This document shows positions 20,532 to 29,704 of a stretch of 64,000 nt of DNA, piece after piece. The translations under genes and the position numbers were made by a program. How positions within the stretch are numbered: the first letter of the stretch is position 1; every line of letters starts with the position of its first letter. Below the pieces are notes generated by a model. That model searched no databases. It was given only the letters and a program-made list of their open reading frames with translations, and had not been told where the DNA came from. Source of the stretch: Candidatus Woesebacteria bacterium GW2011_GWB1_39_10 (GTDB taxonomy: Bacteria > Patescibacteriota > Microgenomatia > UBA8517); contig LBVU01000004.1 of the NCBI GenBank assembly GCA_000993205.1, positions 208,030 through 272,029 on the forward strand, given 5' to 3'.

Positions 20532-23500
20532 TTACTTAGACTTTTCCGGCCAATTATTTTTCAGCCATACCGGTGGGACGTAGATCCCTAGTTGTCCAAA
20601 TGAAAAAGTTGTAACCCTCTTTTGGCGGGGAATTACAAATTCTATCAAAGGGTCATTTGCGCTTCCTGAATGACCAACTTTGTGAAATTTAAGTAAATAC
20701 CTAAATCCGGTATCTTCATTAAAAGGAACATCGAACGAGATATTAAAAGGACTGGAATTCTTGGTTATTTCCTTCAACAAACCAACAGCCCGATCTTTTT
20801 CTCTTAAACTCAGGGAAACATCTCTTAATAGAGGAAGTGAGCAAACTCCAAAATAAAGCATTATTAAAATTAACGCAAAAAGCCCGAAACGCTTCAAATT
20901 TTTAAGTAGAATACTTATCAAAACAAGAAACGGAACAAGCAAATAATTAAAATAATATTCCGACGGGCTTTTTATTAATATGTAAAACAAAGGAAGACTC
21001 GCTACCCAGACACTACCCAGACCAAATAAAACTCTTCTCTGAACAATATCTTTGATTCTCGTAGCCGTTACAAAAAGACCGACAGAAACAAATAAATAAA
21101 TTGTAATTGCCAGTAATACTGAAGGCGAACCACCCACCATAAAAGAAGAAACTCTTTCCCAGACCATCAGCACTCTACCAACCCCTTCTCCCACACTTTT
21201 GGTAAATCCTGCTATCAAATTTAAATTTAAAAAATTATGCCTTAAATCAAAAAACAGAATCGGCACGAAAGGTATGACTGATCCCAAAATAAGAAGGATG
21301 AAATGTTTATACTTTTTACACTTGAATATGTCTATTAGCAATGGGGCGAACATGGGGGCAATAAACAAAAATTGAAGATGGGAACTCAATCCCATTCCAA
21401 ATATTATTCCAGCCAAGAAAATATATTTTGCTTTTATTTTTTTAAGATAAAGATAAATTAAATAAATCAAAGAGATAAATAAAAGAGGAACCACTACCGG
21501 ATTCCAAGCAATGGTGTCGACTGAAACGCTTAGTGGATTTACCGCCCAAAGAGCAAGGAAAATTAAAGCCATCTTTTTATCAAAAACTCGGGATAGAACC
21601 AGATAGCTCACTCCGAAAAATAAAGTCGACCAGAAAATTATAAATACGTTAGTAGCTATTGGATTCAAACCAGTCAAAAGATAAAAAGGTGTAAGGATAT
21701 AAAAGAAATATGGGGGTAGAAAAAACCCACTTGGCCCCTGAACCCTTGGACCCAAGAGAGTCAATTTCCCAGCAAGAATATTTGACACTGTTACAGCGTC
21801 TCTTTCCTGATCCCAACCAAATCCAAGTCGCCCGGGCAGATTGTAGCTTCTAAAAAAAATATATAATGTAAATACTGTTATTGCTAATAAGAAGGATATC
21901 AATTTCTTCCTGTTTTTATTTATTCCGGTTAAATAAATTATCAAAATAATTAACCAAATTAAGAAAAAGGTTAATGCTAAATAATTGAAAATTTTTTCAA
22001 TTCTACTTTGCCCTACTTTCCAAGATACTAGATTCTCCCCATTTCTGGTTTTGTCTGTATTAAAACAAACTAACCCACCGCAATCTGTATAATCTGTACT
22101 CTTACCATTTAATGAAACTGTGTGTATGTCCGAAAAATATCCTAAACCAATAATAATTTTGTTTCCCTTAATTTTATTTTTATCAATGAGGAACTTTACC
22201 GACCCGAAAGTGTTATCCCTCTCTACAATCCTGGAACTGAGATCTTCATTATTGTTGGTAGAAATGACCGGGGTAGAAAACCAGCAAGCTTTGACCGCAT
22301 TCGGACTTATAACATCATCCCCTAAGGTGGTTGTTGAATACCTATGCTGATGAAGTTTCTCAAAATCATCGTATTTGTAAAGATCCTCTACAGAAATAGG
22401 TTGGGGTAACATAAAATTTCTTGTACCAATAACCGTTAAAAAACTGACACCGATAAAAATAATTAAATAGACATATTTGGATTTGATTTTTGCTAACATA
22501 AATGAAAAAAGAGAACTTGTTGTAAAAATACCTACCCCAAGGAGCCTCCACGAGAATTGAATTTCCTGAAGCGGTCTAATCTTTTCCCAAAGGGGAATAG
22601 ATATTGGAAGTATTAAATAAATTGTAAAAAGCGAGCCAAGAAAGAAAAAAATGATCCAAACATTACCTTCAATAAAATCCCAAAATTTCGATTTGTTTCT
22701 AATAAAAAAGTAGACCTGACATACAAAAAAGATGCCAGCAATGCCAATTATTAACCACTGCGCATACCCAAGCATAAAACTCATTCCATCATTCACAGTT
22801 CCCAAAGATGAATAAAAATATTCCCAATTAGATTTGAGAAGTTGTCCAAATGTCGGAAAATGTTCACGCCACTGAATAAAATTTAAACCAATCTGAGTGA
22901 ATTTTTGCTCCGTCAAGGCCGGACCAATAAAAAAAGATCCCATTCCAAAAGAGGCCAAAAAAGAAAATGCAATCCAGATAACTTTTTGTAAATTAAATTT
23001 GTGGAGCCGGAGTTTAATAATTAAATAGACAAGGATGATCGGCATTAAAAACATTGCCGCAAAATTGTGAGATATAGTAAGAACCGCCCCCATCAAACTC
23101 GCCAAAAACGCATATACCATAAACCTTTTGCCGTTTGAGTTAAAACACAAAGCATAAAAAAATAAAACGATTGGCAACACTGCATAAGCCAGATATTCAG
23201 GACTACCCCTTACAAAAATTAAGGAAAACCTATATGGCGCGTATAAATATGTGAGAGCTCCGCCAATGGCTGCCAGTTCCTTATTTGTTTCTTCTTTGAT
23301 CCAGAAATAAAAAAATAATGTGCCCAAAAGGAGTGATAGGAAATTAATTATTTTGAGTGTAAAAATTACATCTTTTGTAAACGGGTAAACAGCAACGGAA
23401 AGATAATAAATTAACGGATAGAAAAAATTATAAATCGGCGCGCCGCAGAAATAATTGAGACTTCCGGCCCACCTTAAAGGAAATTGACCTTCTTTAGCAG

Positions 23501-23645
23501 TTTGAATTACGTCAAAAATACGGGCGATGTGATGATCCCCGTCGTGAGTACTGAAAACATTATATTTAAAAATACCTTTCCCTGCCCAAATAACAGCGCC
23601 AACTAATAATGCAAAAATCAGTATTTGTATAAATTTTTTTTTCAT
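20532..23645 (-). CDS. Double GT-C fusion: YfhO/'PTPS-related' N-half plus ArnT/PMT-like C-half
   Basis: N-half THDGDHH/FVRGSPE/QFSWRLL matches the 3918-8794 paralogs; C-half FGWDQERD...LLGP matches the 23642 and 26117 genes. Confidence 0.78.
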   Translation of the reverse strand: MKKKFIQILIFALLVGAVIWAGKGIFKYNVFSTHDGDHHIARIFDVIQTAKEGQFPLRWAGSLNYFCGAPIYNFFYPLIYYLSVAVYPFTKDVIFTLKIINFLSLLLGTLFFYFWIKEETNKELAAIGGALTYLYAPYRFSLIFVRGSPEYLAYAVLPIVLFFYALCFNSNGKRFMVYAFLASLMGAVLTISHNFAAMFLMPIILVYLIIKLRLHKFNLQKVIWIAFSFLASFGMGSFFIGPALTEQKFTQIGLNFIQWREHFPTFGQLLKSNWEYFYSSLGTVNDGMSFMLGYAQWLIIGIAGIFFVCQVYFFIRNKSKFWDFIEGNVWIIFFFLGSLFTIYLILPISIPLWEKIRPLQEIQFSWRLLGVGIFTTSSLFSFMLAKIKSKYVYLIIFIGVSFLTVIGTRNFMLPQPISVEDLYKYDDFEKLHQHRYSTTTLGDDVISPNAVKACWFSTPVISTNNNEDLSSRIVERDNTFGSVKFLIDKNKIKGNKIIIGLGYFSDIHTVSLNGKSTDYTDCGGLVCFNTDKTRNGENLVSWKVGQSRIEKIFNYLALTFFLIWLIILIIYLTGINKNRKKLISFLLAITVFTLYIFFRSYNLPGRLGFGWDQERDAVTVSNILAGKLTLLGPRVQGPSGFFLPPYFFYILTPFYLLTGLNPIATNVFIIFWSTLFFGVSYLVLSRVFDKKMALIFLALWAVNPLSVSVDTIAWNPVVVPLLFISLIYLIYLYLKKIKAKYIFLAGIIFGMGLSSHLQFLFIAPMFAPLLIDIFKCKKYKHFILLILGSVIPFVPILFFDLRHNFLNLNLIAGFTKSVGEGVGRVLMVWERVSSFMVGGSPSVLLAITIYLFVSVGLFVTATRIKDIVQRRVLFGLGSVWVASLPLFYILIKSPSEYYFNYLLVPFLVLISILLKNLKRFGLFALILIMLYFGVCSLPLLRDVSLSLREKDRAVGLLKEITKNSSPFNISFDVPFNEDTGFRYLLKFHKVGHSGSANDPLIEFVIPRQKRVTTFSFGQLGIYVPPVWLKNNWPEKSK

Positions 23646-25150
23646 ATTCCAGATATCCTATCTCTTTCCTGAACCACAATACCGCCGAATCTTTGCTCTT
23701 TTACAACCCTGCCAATACTCTTTTGTCTGTCCAACCAAGCCGTAAGTCGCTCGGGATGAGCCGAATCAACCTCGTACAAAGTATATAGTAAAGGTGTTTG
23801 ATTTTCAGTAAATTGGCCACTTGCCCCGCGAAGCCTTGGCGTAGTGGGGAGCCATTTGAATAAATAGTCATATGCATAGGGTATGACGGGCGGCACGTAT
23901 ACATCAATATTAAAGTTTCTATCGTCGGCGTTGTTATAAACCCACTCTATTACCTTTTCCTGATCACTCAAAATTATTACACTATTAATATTGGTAGATC
24001 TTTCTGTTAATCTTGGTAAGAGAATTGAAAGATTTGCATTTAAAAATAAATAAATAAAATACAATACGAAAATCTTTCCTGCTGTAAATTTCCATATATC
24101 CCCCAAAACTATTGCGAACAATAAAATAAATATCAAATAATATCCGGTAAAATAATAATCATATAAAACGGCATTATTGCCCTGATAAAAATATAGTCCG
24201 ATAATCGGAGAGATTAGAATTAAAATCAGAAGCGAAATTTTTTTGTTTTTTAAATATTTTGGGGTGGAAACCAAAAACCATGTAGCGATTATGCCCAACA
24301 TAATTTTTTCTCTTCCCCCTCTGGAATCAAATATTTTTTTTGTAAAAACATCATAATAAAAAATAGTCCTTTCTACTAAAAACTTTTTTGTCGGAACGGT
24401 AAAACTCTTCTCGGATACAAATGATTGATAAATATTCGTCCTTAAAATTCTACTGTGTTTAAAATCAAAAATTACCAAAGGAGCAAAAGTGATAATAAAC
24501 AGCAATATTGATAATAATAAATTTTTTAAATCCGGCCAATTTTTCTTTTGCCAGATGGCAAAAAATAATAATACAGGGGAATAAAACAACTCTCCGGATG
24601 AACCAAAATTAAATAGCGACAAACCAAAACAAAAAGAGATAATTGGCCAACCCCATTTTTTTCCCTCTATAACTTTAAACATTCCAAGGATCATCACAAG
24701 CGACAAAAGCATCATTGGCGTGGGATTAGACAGCCATCGAGATGCATCGACAATGTAAAATGAGAATGCCGCAATTGTGGTTGCCAAAAGTCCGGTTGAT
24801 TTTCCTTGAATTTTGTAACCCAAATAGTAAATTACTCCCAGAGCGGCAATCGTCGTAAATATCAGAAAAATCGAAGGATAAACTGGATTCCCGCGTCCTA
24901 TCCAGTAAAATGGAGTAATCAACCAATAATACCAGGGACCTCTAAAAATTCCGGCAAGGCCTGTTGTCGGCCCTATTAAAAAAAATTTTCCGTTATGTAA
25001 AAGATCCCAAATTACTAACGCATCACGCCCCTGATCGAACCAAAAGCCTAAAAGTTCGTTTATCCTATATAATCGGAGAAATGCGCCTAATCCCAAAATT
25101 AAAACTAGAAGATAGTTGAATACCAATGAAGATTTAATCTTTTTTCGCAT
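23642..25150 (-). CDS. GT-C (ArnT/PMT-like) membrane glycosyltransferase
   Basis: LRLYR...FWFDQGRD...LIGP...GPWYY; multiple TM segments. Confidence 0.8.
   Translation of the reverse strand: MRKKIKSSLVFNYLLVLILGLGAFLRLYRINELLGFWFDQGRDALVIWDLLHNGKFFLIGPTTGLAGIFRGPWYYWLITPFYWIGRGNPVYPSIFLIFTTIAALGVIYYLGYKIQGKSTGLLATTIAAFSFYIVDASRWLSNPTPMMLLSLVMILGMFKVIEGKKWGWPIISFCFGLSLFNFGSSGELFYSPVLLFFAIWQKKNWPDLKNLLLSILLFIITFAPLVIFDFKHSRILRTNIYQSFVSEKSFTVPTKKFLVERTIFYYDVFTKKIFDSRGGREKIMLGIIATWFLVSTPKYLKNKKISLLILILISPIIGLYFYQGNNAVLYDYYFTGYYLIFILLFAIVLGDIWKFTAGKIFVLYFIYLFLNANLSILLPRLTERSTNINSVIILSDQEKVIEWVYNNADDRNFNIDVYVPPVIPYAYDYLFKWLPTTPRLRGASGQFTENQTPLLYTLYEVDSAHPERLTAWLDRQKSIGRVVKEQRFGGIVVQERDRISGI
23820..23851. 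repeat. GC-rich palindromic REP-like element in-frame in a CDS
   Basis: ttgccccgcgaagccttggcgtagtggggag hairpin in an AT-rich gene; encodes LPTTPRLRGAS. Confidence 0.65.
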
Positions 25151-26120
25151 ATTTTCTGGCAGTCTCCAAAACTTTAATTACAGCCTGGTCATATGGCATA
25201 TAAAGACGTGCAGCCGACGCTGACTTGTGTCCCCCTCCGCCTAATTTCTCTGCGATTTTCGAAACATCGAAATCATTTCTCGACCTAAAACTAACTGAGC
25301 AGAAGTTATCGAACTGTTCGAGAACAAAACCGAAATCCGTATTTTCAATGGATTGGATAAACGATCCTGCTATATAACTTTTTGCATCCCTGCTTCCGGG
25401 ATAATTTTTTGTGAGATCTTTAGGAACAGCCACCCAAGCGAACCTTGCGTCTTCCTCAACGACAACTTTAGTTAACATTTCTCCCATCAAATGTATTTCA
25501 TCAATAGGACGCGACATGTAAAGATTAAAAAGAATGTTCCTTCTGTCTGCTCCATTTTTGACGAGAGTGTCTGCCATTGAAAATGCCGATTCTCCGATAA
25601 TGTCTGTCTGAAAAGACATTGTGTCCGCGATTATACCCGTCAATAGTGATGTGGCAAGATCTGTAGTTAATTCCAGTTTCCAATCCGAAAATATTTTAAA
25701 CAAAAGAGCGCAACACGAACCGGTTTTTTCATCGACCAGATTAATATCGCCTTCCTTTGTGTTTGTATAATGGTGATCTATCACCACTTTTCGTATTTTG
25801 GAAGACAAAATGTTGTCTTTTCCGGTTGTCTGGTTCCAATTGCCGGAATCGACTATCACAAAAGTGTCATATTGAGAAAAATCAAAATCGTCAAAATTTA
25901 CTACTTTTATTGATTTCGAATTTGGTAAAAATTTACAATTATCGGGAATCTCGTCGGGAGAAATAATAGTGACATCGTCTTTTCCCAGCTCTTTCAATGC
26001 AAGGGACATTGAGGTTGCGCTACCAATACTGTCCGGATCGGGACTTCTATGACAATTAACCAAAATTTTGTTGGCTTTTTTAATTTCCTCTAAAATATTT
26101 TTACTTTCTTTGTAATTCAT
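25134..26120 (-). CDS. nrnA: DHH/DHHA1 phosphoesterase (NrnA-like)
   Basis: H..PDPDSIGS, VIDHH, GIIADT, SFRS, GGGGH. Confidence 0.85.
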   Translation of the reverse strand: MNYKESKNILEEIKKANKILVNCHRSPDPDSIGSATSMSLALKELGKDDVTIISPDEIPDNCKFLPNSKSIKVVNFDDFDFSQYDTFVIVDSGNWNQTTGKDNILSSKIRKVVIDHHYTNTKEGDINLVDEKTGSCCALLFKIFSDWKLELTTDLATSLLTGIIADTMSFQTDIIGESAFSMADTLVKNGADRRNILFNLYMSRPIDEIHLMGEMLTKVVVEEDARFAWVAVPKDLTKNYPGSRDAKSYIAGSFIQSIENTDFGFVLEQFDNFCSVSFRSRNDFDVSKIAEKLGGGGHKSASAARLYMPYDQAVIKVLETARKYAKKD

Positions 26121-27721
26121 TCTACGTTTACGTGACCAAGTTTATAAAGCGTTCCCCCCCAGACCTCCCATCTATCCACTATTTTAGTCCATCCGAACCT
26201 GGTAATCCAGGCGGAAGGACTATGTGTCGGATCGCACTTAGATTCTTCAAACTCACAGACAACAAAGAGCTGATCTGTTTGTGTAAATTCGGAGGTAGAA
26301 GGGTCGGTGTCGACCACATTGGCCCCCCAAATAATCAAAAAGTAGAGATAAACACTTCGATCGTCAAAATCTGATATCGCAGCTAAATTAAATTTGGCCC
26401 CACCCGCCTTCTCCTGTATAACTTTTGCCACAGATATCGCCCTAGGCATTTGATATGTAGGGTGTACAAACGGAGGATCGTTTTGAAAACTAACAAAGAC
26501 AATAAAACCAATAGTCAAAGAAAGCAGTACTTTAGCTATCAAGTTTTTATTATTTAAAATTTTTTGAGCAAAAGTTCCTAATAATAAAAACGGCGCCGGA
26601 AACAAAAAACCAAGGTAATGATCATAAATCTGACCTTTATAATAGGCTGTTCCAATAAGACCTACTGTAATCCATAAAGATAAAAGGCCGTAAGCGTCTG
26701 TAAAAAGGTGTTTTTTATAAATCCAGACTAAAAATATTATTGAGACCAATACCGCCAAAATTCCCAAATACATATTTTTGCCCATGGGCAAATTTGTAAA
26801 AACCATAAGAGTTGTTGCGCCAATTTTTGATAAATAGGCTAAAAGCGGGAGGCCAACATCACGACTGGAAGTAAAAAATATTTTTATTGCATTATAATTT
26901 TGCCAATTATGACGGATATCAAAGATGAGAAGTGGTGACATTAGCAGAGCGAAGAGCGAAAAAGCTAAGAATGAAGAGCGGACAAATATCGCTTTAACAA
27001 GTTTGTCATTTTTAATTTTGAATAACGTTAATAACCAAAAAACAAAAAGAGTTGGGGCAAGGAAAAGACCTAGATAGTGCGACTGGAGAACAAAGGCGTA
27101 GGAAATCCCCAATGTTATCAGCCAACCTCCCACTCCGCGCGAGGCTCCGCGGGATTCGTATACTTTCCATATGGAATATATAGAAAGTAACGAAAAAAAG
27201 GGCATTATATTTGGATTCCAAGAAGATCTTGAAAATGTTATTACAGTCGGTGAAATTGCATAAAGCCCAGCTGCCACCAACGCACCTACGTTCAGAGAGA
27301 CTTGAATGCCTCCTGTAGTTTTAACCGGAAACCACTCCCGCGTGATAAACCAAACAAAAAAAACTGTTACAACGCCTAATAGCGCAATTTGAACTGCCGG
27401 TCCAACCGGTGAAAAGTTGGCAAGAAGTAAAGCCGGGGCCATCATATAGTAATAAAGCGGCCCCAAATACATATTTCCAACCGATGTGCCAGGTCCAATT
27501 AGAGGTGGGTGCAGCTCGGTGATAAATCTTCTAACTATAAGCACGTCCCGCCCTTCATCACTAAGAAACGTCATATAATCAGAAATTCTATACAATCTCA
27601 TGAATGCACCGACTAATAGAATTAATAATAAAATCAAAAATTCTTTTTTATTCAACAAAATCCACGATCGAATTTTAGAAACTGTTGACTGTTGACTGTT
27701 GACTGTTGACTGTTCGATCAT
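26117..27721 (-). CDS. GT-C (ArnT/PMT-like) membrane glycosyltransferase (start 27721 by ATGA coupling)
   Basis: RLYR...FLSDEGRD...LIGP...GPLYYY, SRSSWNP. Confidence 0.8.
   Translation of the reverse strand: MIEQSTVNSQQSTVSKIRSWILLNKKEFLILLLILLVGAFMRLYRISDYMTFLSDEGRDVLIVRRFITELHPPLIGPGTSVGNMYLGPLYYYMMAPALLLANFSPVGPAVQIALLGVVTVFFVWFITREWFPVKTTGGIQVSLNVGALVAAGLYAISPTVITFSRSSWNPNIMPFFSLLSIYSIWKVYESRGASRGVGGWLITLGISYAFVLQSHYLGLFLAPTLFVFWLLTLFKIKNDKLVKAIFVRSSFLAFSLFALLMSPLLIFDIRHNWQNYNAIKIFFTSSRDVGLPLLAYLSKIGATTLMVFTNLPMGKNMYLGILAVLVSIIFLVWIYKKHLFTDAYGLLSLWITVGLIGTAYYKGQIYDHYLGFLFPAPFLLLGTFAQKILNNKNLIAKVLLSLTIGFIVFVSFQNDPPFVHPTYQMPRAISVAKVIQEKAGGAKFNLAAISDFDDRSVYLYFLIIWGANVVDTDPSTSEFTQTDQLFVVCEFEESKCDPTHSPSAWITRFGWTKIVDRWEVWGGTLYKLGHVNVE
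27681..27714. repeat. Heptamer tandem array (ACTGTTG)x~5 just after the start codon
   Basis: actgttg x4 plus actgtt; encodes QSTVNSQQSTV on the minus strand. Confidence 0.9.
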
Positions 27722-28428
27722 TTGAGTTTTCTCCAAAGTCTAAAAAGATCTGTAAAACTTTTGATTATAACATCTATATTTCTTCCGGTTCCCTCTCCTT
27801 TAGTTCTCGGATAATGGGTGACAGGAATTTCCTCAATTTTAAATCCCGCTTTTTTGGCCTTGATCAGAAGTTCGCTGGAAATAAAAGCCCCGCGTTCACT
27901 TTCCAATTTTGAAATTTTGTCTAACACTTTTTTGGAAATCAATTTAAAACCACAATCAATATCGCGTACCGTAAGACCAAATAACAAATAAACCAAAAGC
28001 TCCCACAGTCTACTGGTAATTTTTTTTCCAAAATTTACTTTTCGTGATGTGTAATAACCTATGACTAGGTCTGCATTCGTGTTTTTCTGTTTTTCGATAA
28101 AATTTACGATTTCGGTAAAATCAAACTGACCATCAGAGTCAGTAAACGCAATCCATGAGAATCTTGAATTATAAAAACCGGATGCGAGTGCCGCCCCATA
28201 TCCTCTATTTTTTTCATTATCTATCAGTCGTACATTTTTATCGGATTTTGAAAATTCGAGAGCAACTTCCCGAGTTGAATCGGTTGAGCCGTCATTAACT
28301 ATCAGAAGTTCCCATTTTTCGGAGACAGATTTGAGTACTTCTGTTGTTTTAACAATAACCGGCCTTATATTTGATTCTTCATTGTAAGTTGGTAGAAAAA
28401 CCGATATTTCCTGAATTAGTTTAGCCAC
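27718..28428 (-). CDS. GT2, polyprenol-phosphate sugar synthase-like
   Basis: FLPTYNEE, VNDGSTD, FTDSDGQF, DIDCGFK. Confidence 0.85.
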   Translation of the reverse strand: MAKLIQEISVFLPTYNEESNIRPVIVKTTEVLKSVSEKWELLIVNDGSTDSTREVALEFSKSDKNVRLIDNEKNRGYGAALASGFYNSRFSWIAFTDSDGQFDFTEIVNFIEKQKNTNADLVIGYYTSRKVNFGKKITSRLWELLVYLLFGLTVRDIDCGFKLISKKVLDKISKLESERGAFISSELLIKAKKAGFKIEEIPVTHYPRTKGEGTGRNIDVIIKSFTDLFRLWRKLK

Positions 28429-28450
28429 ATAAGTAGTCTATATCAGATTC

Positions 28451-28482
28451 AAGAAAACTGCGAGCTACAGCTCGCATGTGAA
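28451..28482. repeat. Isolated hairpin resembling an IS200/IS605 subterminal end
   Basis: tgcgagct-ac-agctcgca; the minus strand reads ATTCA-CA-hairpin-GTTTTCT. Confidence 0.4.
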
Positions 28483-28536
28483 TTAAACCTGATATATCCT
28501 GGCATATACCACTGCCTGCGTGTTAATATTTAATGT

Positions 28537-29697
28537 ATGCATAAAAAATTCAAAAACTTGACTTTGATCTTGGTTTTTTCTCTCGTTCCAACTTTACTTA
28601 TCTGGCTTCCGTTCATATTCCGGGTAAATTCGTTCTGGAAAATTCCGCTTCCGCAAAACGGTTTGGCAACAATCGTCGCAAACTACGATGGTCCGCTATA
28701 TATGGTTGCAGCCAAAACTTTATATAACAAGACTGATATCCAATCTAACTTTCAGTTTCCCCTTCCAACAGAATATTACTCCGCACATTTTCCTCTCTTT
28801 CCGGTGTTAATTCGCTTGATTGGAACTGTGACAAACTACCCTTACGCTATGCTGATTGTAACCCTTTTGTCCGGAATCCTGGCAACTTTCTTTTTCTTTA
28901 AATTGGTTAGTCTTTATACGGATGAAAAAAGCGCGCTTTTTCTTACATTCTTATTTTCATTTTTTCCCGCCCGTTGGTTAATTGTAAAGTCGGTTGGTTC
29001 CGCCGACCCTCTGTTTATTGGAAGTATCATCGCATCCCTTTATTACTTTAAAAATAAAAAATATTTACTTGCCGGTGTTTGGGGGGCAATAGCGCAACTA
29101 ACCAAATCACCAGGAATCTTATTGTTCGCCTCTTACTTTGTATTTCTTTTATTTCCTTTTATACGAAATCAAATTAATGTAACCGGAAATAGACTTATTG
29201 AAAAACTGAATTTTAAAAAAACATATCCACTTCTCCTAATTCCATTGTCGTTAATTCTTGTTTTTATATTTTACGCATTTGCAACGGGGGACTTTTGGGC
29301 ATACTTCCATTCCGGAGACAATATTCATCTTATTTTTCCTCCTTTTTCTATATTTAATTATTCGGCACCGTGGGTGGGAACTAGCTGGTTGGAAGAAATA
29401 ATCTTTATTTACTTATTTGGAGCTATTGGAGTTTATAAACTTTTTGAAAAGAAAGAATATGAATTCGGAACGTTTGTCGGGATTTTCTACATTCTGAGCC
29501 TCTTTATAGCCCACAGAGATTTAATGAGATATTTTTTGCCCGTAATTCCTTTTCTTTTTGTAGCATTTTCTGACATTTTAATTAAAGGGGAATTTAAAAT
29601 TGCATTTGCAATAATAATAGTTCCTATATATCTTTTCTCGCTGGCCTTCCTAAGCCAAAACGTGATGCCCATCAGCAATTGGGGGCCATTTTTGTAG
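28537..29697 (+). CDS. GT-C mannosyltransferase-like (PIG-V/GT76-like) membrane protein
   Basis: ANYDGPLY acidic loop, HFPLFP, LTKSPG, RY; multiple TM segments. Confidence 0.72.
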   Translation: MHKKFKNLTLILVFSLVPTLLIWLPFIFRVNSFWKIPLPQNGLATIVANYDGPLYMVAAKTLYNKTDIQSNFQFPLPTEYYSAHFPLFPVLIRLIGTVTNYPYAMLIVTLLSGILATFFFFKLVSLYTDEKSALFLTFLFSFFPARWLIVKSVGSADPLFIGSIIASLYYFKNKKYLLAGVWGAIAQLTKSPGILLFASYFVFLLFPFIRNQINVTGNRLIEKLNFKKTYPLLLIPLSLILVFIFYAFATGDFWAYFHSGDNIHLIFPPFSIFNYSAPWVGTSWLEEIIFIYLFGAIGVYKLFEKKEYEFGTFVGIFYILSLFIAHRDLMRYFLPVIPFLFVAFSDILIKGEFKIAFAIIIVPIYLFSLAFLSQNVMPISNWGPFL

Positions 29698-29704
29698 TTG
29701 AAAT

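Noticed and set aside
27128..27156. GC-rich patch encoding ESRGASRGVGG in a GT-C loop, possibly another inserted repeat
   Set aside because: Only a 7-nt direct repeat with weak pairing and no second copy in the window; insufficient support.
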